IMG/VR virus record: IMGVR_UViG_2767802019_000001
Coordinates: 7,528 to 71,527 of that record
DNA: 64,000 nt
Reading direction: 5' to 3' (one strand)
DNA from: a virus
Lineage: Duplodnaviria; Caudoviricetes
A model generated the notes under the pieces. It did no database searches and had not been told where the DNA came from. It saw nothing but the letters and a program-made list of their open reading frames with translations. This document shows, one piece after another, positions 16,888-26,314 of this stretch (the stretch's first letter is position 1; each line of letters starts with the position of its first letter). The translations under genes were made by a program, and so were the position numbers.

Positions 16888-17295
16888 GTGATAACCGTAC
16901 CCATCAACCTCGAACACATCCTGGACGACCACCGCGTGCACGAGTTGGACGCCTCGTACCTGCACTACGACTGCGACGACCCGTACGCGGTGATGCTCGA
17001 CATCGGCGAAACGGGCACAGACCAGCGCATCGAATGGACCCTCGCCCGCGACACGCTCGCCGACGGCATCACCACCCCCGCGGGCGCGGGCCGCGGCGAC
17101 GTCACTGTCTGGCCGTGCGAGGGCGGCATCCACATCCAGTTGTGCAGCCCCGAAGGGGAAGCGCATCTGCACGCGGACGCCGGGCAGATCGAGGCGTTCC
17201 TCACCCAGTCCTACGCGATGGTGCCGCTCGGCTGCGAGCTGGACGGCATCGACGTCGGTGCCGAACTCAACAAGATCTTCGGAAAGGCAGCCTGA
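16888..17295 (+). CDS. ssgA: SsgA-like protein (SALP, sporulation/cell-division regulator family)
   Basis: LHYDCDDPYAV, IEWTLARDTLADG..AGRGDVTVWP, LCSPEGEA, FLTQSYAMVPLGCE hallmark SALP motifs; GGGAG RBS. Confidence 0.88.
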   Translation: MITVPINLEHILDDHRVHELDASYLHYDCDDPYAVMLDIGETGTDQRIEWTLARDTLADGITTPAGAGRGDVTVWPCEGGIHIQLCSPEGEAHLHADAGQIEAFLTQSYAMVPLGCELDGIDVGAELNKIFGKAA

Positions 17296-17564
17296 TGAGA
17301 TTCGAAGAGCCGCCCCGGCACACAAGCGCAGGCCGGACCGGCCATGCCGTGGCTGCCGCAGCCCTGAAGCAGCGCCCCGGCCAGTGGGGCATCGTCGGAA
17401 CGTACAAGAGCATCGGGTCGGCCAGCGGCGCAGGGCTGCGCATCAAGCAGGGCATAGCAGCCGCGTACCGGCCCGCCGGGGCCTTCGAAGCGGTCGCCCG
17501 CACCGTGCACGGCGAAGCGCGGCTGTACGCAAGGTTCGTGGGGGAGGGGAGGTGCGATGCCTGA
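17295..17564 (+). CDS. Hypothetical actinophage-type protein
   Basis: LKQRPGQW..AYRPAGAFEA..LYARFVG. Confidence 0.65.
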   Translation: MRFEEPPRHTSAGRTGHAVAAAALKQRPGQWGIVGTYKSIGSASGAGLRIKQGIAAAYRPAGAFEAVARTVHGEARLYARFVGEGRCDA

Positions 17565-17817
17565 GCAGCAGACGCCGAAGCAGTTCGCCCTCGCAGTGAT
17601 CAATGACGCAAAGAACAACATCAGCCAGCTGGGCACGGTACGCGGCGAAGCGAGCCTGATCACCAGCGTCACCGCACAGGCCCACCTCGCCATCGCCGCC
17701 GCCCTGCTGGACATGGGAGAGGCGATACGGGGTGACGGCACCGGAGCTTCGGTGGAGCGGGCCATGGGACGACTGACCGAGGCGCTGCGCGAGGGCACAG
17801 GAAGGCGGGAGACATGA
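17557..17817 (+). CDS. Hypothetical protein
   Basis: GGAGG RBS, overlap coupling. Confidence 0.6.
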   Translation: MPEQQTPKQFALAVINDAKNNISQLGTVRGEASLITSVTAQAHLAIAAALLDMGEAIRGDGTGASVERAMGRLTEALREGTGRRET

Positions 17818-17965
17818 GCGCACGGGACGAGCTACGTGACCATCTCGTATCGGGTGTCAACTGGGGAGCCGACGAGCTGATCGACGCTTACGGCGACGAA
17901 GTGCGCCGCGAAGTACTGGACGAACAGGCCCCGACGAGCAGGAGACCCTCGAAGAAGCCGCGCTC

Positions 17966-18220
17966 ATGTACCGCAGCCTGCGCGACAGCATCGTGACAAC
18001 CATGGCCGACCCGAACGACTGGGACGGCGACGGAGACGAGGGATCGATCCTCGGGAATTACGTCGCATGGCTGGCCGCCCGGCACACCGAGATCCAGAAG
18101 GCCGACGCCGCCACCGTCCGCGACGCCAAGGTGCGCGAGCCGATCGACGAAGCGGAGCGGTACCTGAACGCGGTGCTCGAAGACGTCGCGGTGAAGATCG
18201 AAGGAGGGTCCGATGCTTGA
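17966..18220 (+). CDS. Hypothetical acidic protein
   Basis: Operon continuity. Confidence 0.5.
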   Translation: MYRSLRDSIVTTMADPNDWDGDGDEGSILGNYVAWLAARHTEIQKADAATVRDAKVREPIDEAERYLNAVLEDVAVKIEGGSDA

Positions 18221-18458
18221 GCGCCTGGACATTCCGATCTTCATTGACGGTTGCTCCGGACACCGCAAGGGACAGCACAAGTTCCGCAACCTCGGCAACT
18301 ACACCGTTGAGTGCGTGCGCTGCGACACCGCAGGCGCCGTAGTCCCGGCAGACCAGGCGGCAGAGATGCTAGACGACACGGCGAGGCGGTACCTGAACAT
18401 CACCCCCGAAGACGTGGCGACGGAGATCGAGGGGGGCGGGGATGAGCATCCTCGATGA
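18213..18458 (+). CDS. Zn-ribbon hypothetical protein
   Basis: GGAGG RBS; GCSGH..ECVRC. Confidence 0.55.
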   Translation: MLERLDIPIFIDGCSGHRKGQHKFRNLGNYTVECVRCDTAGAVVPADQAAEMLDDTARRYLNITPEDVATEIEGGGDEHPR

Positions 18459-18774
18459 GATCAAGGCCGAGCGCGCCCGGCAGGACGCCCAGTTCGGCGA
18501 GCAGAACCATCCCGACATGGCGGGCGACACGACCACGCAGTGCGAGGCCCGCGAGATGTTCGACGAGTGGGCCGTCAACTACCGCACCATCAACAGCGGC
18601 ACGCTCGACGCGCGAGACGCGGACCGGCGGCTCGACTGGACGGGGATCCTTCTCGAAGAGGTCTACGAGGCCCTCGCTGAATCCGACCCCGCCAGGATCC
18701 GCGCGGAGCTGGTCCAGGTCGCGGCCGTGGCTGCCGCGTGGATCGAGTGCATCGACCGTCGGGAGCGCCCATGA
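18442..18774 (+). CDS. Second MazG-like all-alpha NTP pyrophosphohydrolase family protein
   Basis: AERARQDAQFGEQ..ILLEEVYEA..RAELVQVAAVA. Confidence 0.7.
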   Translation: MSILDEIKAERARQDAQFGEQNHPDMAGDTTTQCEAREMFDEWAVNYRTINSGTLDARDADRRLDWTGILLEEVYEALAESDPARIRAELVQVAAVAAAWIECIDRRERP

Positions 18775-19289
18775 AAGCGGTCACCGCGTTCTGGCGCGAC
18801 GTCTGGTGGTGCTTGCGCCACCCCGCCGCACCGGCGGACGCCTCGCCCTACCAGCTCGAACGGCGGGTCGTCACGGCGGACGAGGCGGCGGGGCTGGGAC
18901 TGACGCGCGACGTGGCGCCCCCGCACTGTCCCGAGGGCGGCGAGCCGTACCGCAAGGTGCCCGGCGGGCACTCGTGCACCCACAAGAGCGACTGCGTGTA
19001 CGTGCACCAGGGGCGGCGCCCCTGCCGGTACTGCGACAACGCGCTGTGCCCCGAGGACTGCCCCGAATGCGGCACGCCTATCCACGACCTGGACGCCGTG
19101 CCGCCCGGCGCCACCGTCCCGGTCCCCAGGGACGCGCTGTGGGACCTCGTGGAGGTGGCCAAATGGGTGGCTGCGGAGCGCTGGTCATACGTCAAGCAGG
19201 CGCCATACGTGGCGTCCACGGCGAGGGTCGCGCTCGCGGCGCTGGACGATGCGGGGCTTCTGGACCAGATCGGAGAAGGAGATCAATGA
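18771..19289 (+). CDS. Cys-rich hypothetical protein
   Basis: ATGA coupling, several CxxC. Confidence 0.6.
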   Translation: MKAVTAFWRDVWWCLRHPAAPADASPYQLERRVVTADEAAGLGLTRDVAPPHCPEGGEPYRKVPGGHSCTHKSDCVYVHQGRRPCRYCDNALCPEDCPECGTPIHDLDAVPPGATVPVPRDALWDLVEVAKWVAAERWSYVKQAPYVASTARVALAALDDAGLLDQIGEGDQ

Positions 19290-19624
19290 GCTACGACATC
19301 GCGCTGTACATCGACGTCGATACGGGCGGCCCGGAGCCGAAGCGCTTCTGGCCCGGCGGGCCCGGTAACTACACCTCCAACGTCACGCCCATGTGGGAGA
19401 AGGCGCTCGGCTACCCGCTGCGTGACCTCGCGGACAAGCGCGCGGGGGACTGCGTCGCGGACCTGAAGCGGGCTGCGGCCGACATGACCGCGAACCCCCA
19501 GACGTACGAGGCCATGAACCCGCCCAACGGGTGGGGCGACTACTCGGGAGCGCTGATGTACCTGCGCGATCTCCGTGACGCGTGCATCGCCTTCCCGGAC
19601 GCCACCGTCGACATCTGCTGCTGA
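19286..19624 (+). CDS. Hypothetical phage protein
   Basis: NYTSNV..MW..YEAMNPPNGWGDY motif. Confidence 0.7.
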   Translation: MSYDIALYIDVDTGGPEPKRFWPGGPGNYTSNVTPMWEKALGYPLRDLADKRAGDCVADLKRAAADMTANPQTYEAMNPPNGWGDYSGALMYLRDLRDACIAFPDATVDICC

Positions 19625-19633
19625 GGAGGAGAC

Positions 19634-19789
19634 ATGATCACGTTCGTGGCAGGACTGGCCCTCGGAGGACTCTCCGGGGGCCTCACCTTTGCGGCCACCG
19701 CCGACGGCCAGCTGGCCGCGATCGTCGGGGCCGTCGTCATGGTGCTGTGCTGGGTCGGAGTAGCGGCCGTGGTGGTGCTCGATGACTGA
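19634..19789 (+). CDS. Small two-TM membrane protein
   Basis: GAGGAGG RBS, hydrophobic. Confidence 0.6.
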   Translation: MITFVAGLALGGLSGGLTFAATADGQLAAIVGAVVMVLCWVGVAAVVVLDD

Positions 19790-19954
19790 CGCACGCCCGG
19801 ACGACGAAGAGGCCGAAGCCCGCGAGATCTGGCGGCAGCTCGCACAGAAACTCACCGCGCGCGGCTGGTACCTGAGTGTCGGATGCAGCACCGTCCAGAT
19901 CTGCATCCCGGGCAACGGCGGGGCCGACACGGACCGGTACGTGGAGGTGCTGGG

Positions 19955-20164
19955 GTGAGCGCCCGTCAGGACATCGCGGCCATGTTCGAGTCACGCCTCA
20001 GCGAGGCAGGGCGCCGCCGCCTCCAGGAACTGCTCGACACCTACGCCCACGAGCTGGCCGAGAAGATCCGCAACTCCAGGCGGCTGCGCGACTACACCGA
20101 CGACCACATGGGCGACTGCCTCGCCGCGGCCGACCTGATCGACCCGGAGGTGAGCGATGACTGA
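19955..20164 (+). CDS. Hypothetical protein
   Basis: LLDTYAHELAEKIR..AADLIDPEV. Confidence 0.6.
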   Translation: MSARQDIAAMFESRLSEAGRRRLQELLDTYAHELAEKIRNSRRLRDYTDDHMGDCLAAADLIDPEVSDD

Positions 20165-20459
20165 CCGCTACCGCGTCGACTGCCTCAACCCCGCATGCCG
20201 CTGGGTCGGCTACCGGCGCAACGCCTATGAGTGCGAGTGCTACGACTACCCGTGCCACCCGACCAGTCCGGGCATGGGCTGCCCCAACGGCGCCAGCCTG
20301 CGGGCCTCCTGCCCGCGCTGCAAGGGCGACTGGGAGCCGCGCGGGTTGAAGACCTTCGGAGGTCCGGAGTACTTCGTCGCCCGTGCGACCTGGTCCCGGC
20401 GAGAGGTCAGCCAGATTTTCGCGGGGCGGGCGAAGCTGCGAAGCGAGGGGAAGCGATGA
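20157..20459 (+). CDS. Cys-rich hypothetical protein
   Basis: GGAGG RBS. Confidence 0.55.
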   Translation: MTDRYRVDCLNPACRWVGYRRNAYECECYDYPCHPTSPGMGCPNGASLRASCPRCKGDWEPRGLKTFGGPEYFVARATWSRREVSQIFAGRAKLRSEGKR

Positions 20460-20680
20460 GCGCCTGGGCAGAGATCGTCTGTGCGGACAGCTCGCCTGAA
20501 TGGCTGGCCACGTGCAACAAGGGGTTGGCCGAAATCCAGACGGAGCAGCGACGCAAGGACGCCGCGAAGATCCGGAAGCTCAAGGCGGTCGTGGGCCCGG
20601 CGGAACTGAAGCCCAGTGCAGTCAAGGAGATCCTGGAATGGGCCGCCCTGGACGTTGACCCGGAGGTGAACGACCGGTGA
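20456..20680 (+). CDS. Hypothetical protein
   Basis: ATGA coupling. Confidence 0.55.
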   Translation: MSAWAEIVCADSSPEWLATCNKGLAEIQTEQRRKDAAKIRKLKAVVGPAELKPSAVKEILEWAALDVDPEVNDR

Positions 20681-20961
20681 GGAGCCTCCGCGACTACCGG
20701 GACGCACCGTGGAAGCTGTGGCAGGTCCGCTGGTACTGGGTCTGCTCTCACGGCTTCACCCATCACTCGTGGCCCGACTGCCCGGAAACCAGCGCACGGG
20801 TGTGGCGCTGCCGCTGGTACGCGCCCGTACTCGTCTGGTCGGACCGCTGGATCGAGCAGCCCCTTCGGCGGCTCTCGTGCAGTCTCGGACGCTGCACGCG
20901 GGCGTGCCGGGGACGCGGCGACCACACATGGACCAAGGAAGCCGGGACTCACAGGAGGTGA
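20677..20961 (+). CDS. Trp/Arg-rich hypothetical protein
   Basis: GTGA coupling. Confidence 0.45.
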   Translation: MRSLRDYRDAPWKLWQVRWYWVCSHGFTHHSWPDCPETSARVWRCRWYAPVLVWSDRWIEQPLRRLSCSLGRCTRACRGRGDHTWTKEAGTHRR

Positions 20962-20964
20962 GCG

Positions 20965-21411
20965 ATGACACCGAAGCGAAGTAAAGATCCAGCCGAAGGC
21001 GCATGCCCGCGCTGCCGCAAGGAGATCCCCCTGGTGCACGACGGCCAGGGGGATCTCGTTTTGCAGGAGCACCACTTCGTGACGGACGACCAGGGGTACG
21101 GCGTAGTGATATGCCGGGAGAGCGGGAAGCAGCCCGTCGCACTCAAGGACGGCAGCGACTGGGCATGGATCACGCCGGACAAAAAGGCGGTCCGCAGCCA
21201 CGGCCTCAGCGACCAGCAGTTCGACGAAGCGGTACGCGGCGCCTTCGCGCAGGCCGTGCCCCTACAGGCGCTCAGCGGCACCCCATGCCCCGCCAGGGGC
21301 GGCGGGGTGTGCCTGTGCAGCCGCTGGAACTGCGACGGCGCGCATCTGTGTTACTGCGGGCTCTCCTGGACGGACACCCGGCTCCGCACGCAGCCCGGGA
21401 GGGAAGAATGA
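20965..21411 (+). CDS. Zn-ribbon hypothetical protein
   Basis: AGGAGG RBS; CPRC..CRES, C-terminal Cys cluster. Confidence 0.55.
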   Translation: MTPKRSKDPAEGACPRCRKEIPLVHDGQGDLVLQEHHFVTDDQGYGVVICRESGKQPVALKDGSDWAWITPDKKAVRSHGLSDQQFDEAVRGAFAQAVPLQALSGTPCPARGGGVCLCSRWNCDGAHLCYCGLSWTDTRLRTQPGREE

Positions 21412-21594
21412 CCCGCTGCCCGCGCTGCGGCGCACAGCCCGACGTCATCGTCTCCCGGCGGGGGCCGTGCCTTGCCGGACACGACATGAGCATCTTCTCC
21501 CAGAGCGGCGCACGCAGCCGCTGCCCCGGCTCGTTCACGGCAGCCCCCGGCGAAACCGCACCCTGGAGCGCCATACCGCGTCAGGCTCAGGGCC

Positions 21595-22206
21595 GTGCCC
21601 CCGGCTAGGCGCGAGGTGTGCGGGGCAGGCCTGCACGACCTCACCGACCCCGTCAACGTCGGCCTCTACAGGCGCAAGTGCGGCCACACGACGCGCTACT
21701 GCCTGCCGTGCAGCCGCCGCAGGAGCCAGGAGCACAGGCGGCGTGAGCGGAAAGCGGCGCCTGAACTTGCGCCGGCCCGGCGGCGGCCACCGCGCAGCGG
21801 CGGTCTGGGCATCCTCCAGGCCGTCGCCGACGGTGAGACGGTCAGCGAAGCAGCTGAGCAGCTGGCCCTCACGTGCGACGCCGTCCAGGGCTGCCTGGTG
21901 CGGCTGCGCCGCCGCTACGGCGTTGCCAGCACCGCGGCGGCCGTCGCGGCGGCCCTGGCCGCGGGAGACATCAGCCCGGTGAGGGGGCAGCCGCTGCCGC
22001 CGCGCAACAACACGACGCGCAATCACACGCGTTCTCTGCTGCGCCTGCTGAGGGGCGAGCGCGGGCCCCGGAGCCACGGCGCCGCGTATGAGCGCATGCT
22101 GGACGACCTGTACGCGTTCAGCGAGCCGCACGCCGTGAGCGTCCTGTGGAAGGCCCGGATCATCACCGCTGACGACGTACGTCCTCTACTGGAAGAAGCG
22201 GCATGA
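21595..22206 (+). CDS. Zn-ribbon plus LuxR/GerE-type HTH regulator
   Basis: ILQAVADGETVSEAAEQLALTCDAVQGCLVRLRRRYGV..AVAAAL. Confidence 0.65.
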   Translation: MPPARREVCGAGLHDLTDPVNVGLYRRKCGHTTRYCLPCSRRRSQEHRRRERKAAPELAPARRRPPRSGGLGILQAVADGETVSEAAEQLALTCDAVQGCLVRLRRRYGVASTAAAVAAALAAGDISPVRGQPLPPRNNTTRNHTRSLLRLLRGERGPRSHGAAYERMLDDLYAFSEPHAVSVLWKARIITADDVRPLLEEAA

Positions 22207-22259
22207 GATCACCCGTCATTGAATGCAGCACCCGGTGACAGCAACAACAGGAAAGGCGC

Positions 22260-23642
22260 GTGGCCGTGACGGAGACAGCGGATCAGAACGGCCACGCGCC
22301 CGCCTTCCCTTTGATCCTCTACACGCTTGCCGACTACGCGGCCACGCTCGCCCTTGACGACCAGGTCCGCCTTGTCGAACCGCATATACCCCCGCCGCTC
22401 CTGCCGGATTTCCTCGGAGTCGTCCAGCGGCGGCGTGAGGAAATCCGGCAGGACGAAGAGCAACGCAAAAGGAAAGGAGCCGCCGAATGGGCTGACGTAC
22501 TCCAGCAGAGACGCGAAGGCGCGGAAATCGATGCGGCGCGGCAGCGCGAAGCGATGCCCCGCGCCTGGGCACCCATTGATATCGCAGCGGCATGGGACGC
22601 CGCTGAAGACGAAACCCGTACGGAAGTCGGCTACCTCTCCGGGGACATGCCCGTCGGGCTGTTCTACCGGGGCAAGCTGAACGGAGTCCACGCCGAGTCG
22701 GAGGCGGGCAAGAGCTGGCTGTCCTGCCTTGTCGCCGTCCAGGAGATCACCTCTCGCCACCACGTCGCCTACATCGACTTCGAGGACGACGCGACCTCGA
22801 TCGTGCGGCGCCTGAAGCTGCTCGGTGCCAGGCGCGAGGACGTAATGGCCTTCTTCCACTACCGCAACCCCACCGGCCCGCTCACGGCCGCGGATGAACA
22901 GGGCCTGCAAGAGCTGATCGGCGTCCGGGGCAGCCTTGCCGTCTTCGACGGCATGACCGAGGCCATGTCGCACGAGGGGCTGGACGGCCGGCTGGAGAAC
23001 GACGTTGCGGCCTGGCACGCGAAGGTGACGAAACCATTCGCCGCGGCGGACTGGTCCGTGGTGGTCCTCGATCATGTACCGCACGGTGAGAAGCGGGCGA
23101 TCGGCTCCCAGCACAAGCGGTCTGCGCTGACCGGGGTCAGCTACCTGCTGGAGCTGATTAAGCCCATCGGCAAGAACATGAAGGGCAAGAGCCGTCTGCG
23201 GGTCGAGAAGGACCGCGGGGCATGGGTACGCGCCCACGCGGTCCCCGGAGCCCGCCCCCAGTGGTTCGCGGACATGGTCATCGACTTCGAGGGCAAGGCG
23301 GTGCCGACCGCGAACGTGTGGCCCGCCTGGCCGCACGACGACGCGGAGGCGCGGGGCTTCGAGGACGCACCCCCGCAGAAGCTGTGCGAGGCCGTCACGG
23401 GCTTCGTGGCGGGCAACCCGGGGTGCAGCGCGCGGGCGATCCGGCAGGGCGTCACGGGCGCTACGGACCGGATTCTGTGGACGATCGAGTGGCTGACATC
23501 GCAGGGACACCTGACGGTGTCGAAGGCGGGCGCGCGGACCGCGCATGATCCGGGACCGGTCCCGTACGAGGCGACCAAGATCGAGGACCACTGTACAGAG
23601 GACCGGTCCGTGTTCGTCCAGGACCACCTTACCGGCCAATGA
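22260..23642 (+). CDS. RepA-like (AAA_25/SF4) replicative helicase with C-terminal HTH
   Basis: HAESEAGKSW Walker A variant, VAYIDFED, LAVFDG Walker B, VVVLDHVPH, AIGSQHKRS. Confidence 0.8.
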   Translation: MAVTETADQNGHAPAFPLILYTLADYAATLALDDQVRLVEPHIPPPLLPDFLGVVQRRREEIRQDEEQRKRKGAAEWADVLQQRREGAEIDAARQREAMPRAWAPIDIAAAWDAAEDETRTEVGYLSGDMPVGLFYRGKLNGVHAESEAGKSWLSCLVAVQEITSRHHVAYIDFEDDATSIVRRLKLLGARREDVMAFFHYRNPTGPLTAADEQGLQELIGVRGSLAVFDGMTEAMSHEGLDGRLENDVAAWHAKVTKPFAAADWSVVVLDHVPHGEKRAIGSQHKRSALTGVSYLLELIKPIGKNMKGKSRLRVEKDRGAWVRAHAVPGARPQWFADMVIDFEGKAVPTANVWPAWPHDDAEARGFEDAPPQKLCEAVTGFVAGNPGCSARAIRQGVTGATDRILWTIEWLTSQGHLTVSKAGARTAHDPGPVPYEATKIEDHCTEDRSVFVQDHLTGQ

Positions 23643-23845
23643 GAGTCGGAATTTTAAATACGACCAGGTCAGAGCCCTTATCTGCACATTTTTCGAGTGG
23701 TCCTCGGACCGGTCCCGGACCACTCAGGACCGCTCTTTTAGTGGTCCCGGACCACTCAGGACGTTTGCCCAGGTCAGGACTGGTCTTTAGTGGTCCTCCC
23801 CCGTCCGTCCTTTAAGGACGGGGACCACGGACCGGTTCCGGACAC
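23552..23845. repeat. Candidate replication origin: GGACCACT/AGTGGTCC iterons, 20-bp direct repeat, AT-rich patch
   Basis: GGACCACT at 23585, 23717, 23749; AGTGGTCC at 23696, 23740, 23789; GGTCCCGGACCACTCAGGAC at 23711 and 23743; AATTTTAAATA at 23650. Confidence 0.7.
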
Positions 23846-23895
23846 GTTGCGAAGATCAAAAGAGGAAGGATCTTGCTACGGCTACGCAGAGTCTT

Positions 23896-24405
23896 ATGGA
23901 CACAGAAATCAAGATCGCGACTTGCAACCGATGCGGAAGCGTCGTGCTGGCCGCTCAGGTCTCAGGACTGGCCACGGCGGCAGACCCCATCCCGCTGGAC
24001 GCAGAGAGCTACCGGGCCGCGCTGATCGCCGCCCGCTGGACGTACGACGTCATCACCCAGGCCGGGCGGCCCTGGAGGCTGCGACTGCGGACCGCCGCCG
24101 TGTCGGCGACGCCGTGCGACATCGTGGCGTCACATGCGTGCGGCGCCCACGGCCAGGACGCCACGGCCGTCACGGAGGTGGGCGTGGCCCCTCCCCGAGC
24201 CCGCGGGAGCGCTGTCGGGCACCCGGATGCGCCCTGTGTCTCCGCGACGCCTGCGGCCCGGCCCCGTTCCAGGAGCTGGCCGCACCGCTGCCGGACCTGC
24301 CGCCGCCTGATCGAGGACGGCGAGCCGTACATGGCCATCGATCACGACAGCTTCCACTGGGCCGTTCACGACGTGTGCCCCGTGCGCGCTTCTGACGCCT
24401 CGTAG
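23896..24405 (+). CDS. Zn-ribbon hypothetical protein
   Basis: TCNRCG..CRTC..H. Confidence 0.55.
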   Translation: MDTEIKIATCNRCGSVVLAAQVSGLATAADPIPLDAESYRAALIAARWTYDVITQAGRPWRLRLRTAAVSATPCDIVASHACGAHGQDATAVTEVGVAPPRARGSAVGHPDAPCVSATPAARPRSRSWPHRCRTCRRLIEDGEPYMAIDHDSFHWAVHDVCPVRASDAS

Positions 24406-24785
24406 GCCGCACGCCGGCCCCCGGGCGGTCCTGAACCCTTCAGCGGCCTCCCGGGGCCGCTCCGTCATGATCAGGAAGAGGAACAATGCTGGACGTCTGG
24501 AAACTGATCGAACTCCTGCACTCCTCACGGCATCCGTCACAGGTGAGGGTGACGGTCACTCAGTGCCCGTTCCACGACCCCAGGGCGTTCGAGGCAGAGG
24601 CCCGCCGCATCACCCGGCTGGCGCGGCTCGGTATTGGCAGGCGCTCATGATCTGCAAGCACTGCGCATGGGCGGCCGACTACCCCGTCGCCGCACGGGAG
24701 TTCCCCGAGCAGGGCCATGCGGCCTGCCCAGGCTGCGACTGCCAGCACGGCGCCAGCAGGCCGCACGACTACGCGGGCGGTACTG

Positions 24786-25514
24786 ATGGCGAGTGATCCC
24801 GAGTTCATCGCCGATCTCGTTCGCCAGCTCGTCAGCGGCTGGGAGGAGCGGATCGAGTACCGGGTGCCGATCACACAGCATGTGACGCTGTGCCAGGTAT
24901 GGAGATCGGCTATGCCGCCCGGCAGGCGCAGACACCATGAATGCAAATGCCCTGCTGATGTCGAGGCGCGAGCCCGGACCCTGCAATTGCCCAGCCTGAT
25001 CGTCCAGTTGCAGGAAGCCGTCACCGAGCCGGTATCGAAAGCGGGCGGTGACGGCATAGGGGCCATTGACAAGCCGCACTCCAATCCGCCTGGGAATGGT
25101 GAGGCGCTGGCGCTGCTGCTGACCATTAGGACCGATGCCCATAATCATTACGACACCCTTCGCGCGGTGCTCTATCCCGACCATGGCGAGCGGAAAGGCG
25201 TCACCGTGCTCAGTGCGCTGCGGGCGTTGCCTGACTGGTGCGCGATGGCGGGCGAAGCCGGGCACGACGATCTCGTCTACGGGATCAAGGAGGACTTGCG
25301 CAAGCGCGTCCGCACGGCGCGGATCATCCTCGGCTACGACTCGCCGATGGCGATGCTGGCCGATGTCCTGTGCGGCAACTGCAACGGCGCCCTGATCGTT
25401 GCCGGTGATGCGTCAACAGACGTGCGCTGCATCGGGACACCGGAAACGGCGCCGTGCGGTACGAAGTACATGCGATGGGACTGGATCAAGCTGCTGGAAG
25501 GTGAGGGTGCGTGA
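24786..25514 (+). CDS. Prophage protein with C-terminal Zn ribbon (possible late regulator)
   Basis: LPSLIVQL..SNPPGN..ARIILGYD..CGNCNG..C..CG..W; located at early/late junction. Confidence 0.6.
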   Translation: MASDPEFIADLVRQLVSGWEERIEYRVPITQHVTLCQVWRSAMPPGRRRHHECKCPADVEARARTLQLPSLIVQLQEAVTEPVSKAGGDGIGAIDKPHSNPPGNGEALALLLTIRTDAHNHYDTLRAVLYPDHGERKGVTVLSALRALPDWCAMAGEAGHDDLVYGIKEDLRKRVRTARIILGYDSPMAMLADVLCGNCNGALIVAGDASTDVRCIGTPETAPCGTKYMRWDWIKLLEGEGA

Positions 25515-25548
25515 TGGAGCCGATACATATGGCAGAGGGCGATACGCC

Positions 25549-25761
25549 ATGCGTGATGAGTACAAGTACAACGCGGGCGGCACGGGTGTTCACGAGGGTC
25601 TCGTGCAGGCGGTCCTTGAAGCGTGGTCACGGGTCAGCCCCACTGGCGAACCGTCGACGCTGCGCTCGGTGGGGGATGGCTATATGAACTCTGTCGACAA
25701 CATCGCCCGGATCGCCGCTGTGGCGGTCGCGGAGGCCATCGACTACCTGGAGGACCGATGA
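25549..25761 (+). CDS. Hypothetical protein
   Basis: Operon continuity. Confidence 0.5.
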   Translation: MRDEYKYNAGGTGVHEGLVQAVLEAWSRVSPTGEPSTLRSVGDGYMNSVDNIARIAAVAVAEAIDYLEDR

Positions 25762-25955
25762 CACAGACGATCAAGCACGCGGCGGCAGGCAAGGTCATGA
25801 CCCTGGACGAGATCGAGGCCTTCTGCCGCCAGGCCCGCGCGGCCGGGGCCTCGGGTGCGGATTCGCCGAAGGTGCGGATCACCTTCGGCGGGCAGCTCCG
25901 GAGCATGGAGATCACCGTGGACGGTGGGCGGGCAGTGAAGGACGGGGCGCAGTGA
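25758..25955 (+). CDS. Hypothetical protein
   Basis: GGAGGA RBS, ATGA coupling. Confidence 0.55.
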   Translation: MTQTIKHAAAGKVMTLDEIEAFCRQARAAGASGADSPKVRITFGGQLRSMEITVDGGRAVKDGAQ

Positions 25956-26314
25956 CCGCCGACCTGCCTGTGTTCCTGCGGGCGCGGTTGATGGAGGACC
26001 AGGAGATTGCGGCAGATGCTGCGGTTGCAGGCTGGGACCGCGACGCCGTGGACGAAGGGAATCCCGTGGCGCGGCACGTTGTGCGGCACGGCCCTGCGCG
26101 CGTGCTGGCCGATGCTGCGGCCAGGCGGCGGCTCGTTGACATGATCTTGGCATACGAGGCGAAGATCGACGGCGAGTGGGGCTGCCTTCACGGCGCCAAG
26201 GAGATCGAAGAGGGCCGGTGCCCGGAGACGAACCCCGACGAGATCGAGGCGCTGCGCCTGCTTGCCGTGGCGTACGACGGCCATCCCGACTACCGCGAGG
26301 AGTGGCGCCCGTGA
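25952..26314 (+). CDS. DUF6221-family protein
   Basis: FLRARL.ED..RHGPARVLAD..LRLLA..Y.GHPDYREEWRP. Confidence 0.8.
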   Translation: MTADLPVFLRARLMEDQEIAADAAVAGWDRDAVDEGNPVARHVVRHGPARVLADAAARRRLVDMILAYEAKIDGEWGCLHGAKEIEEGRCPETNPDEIEALRLLAVAYDGHPDYREEWRP

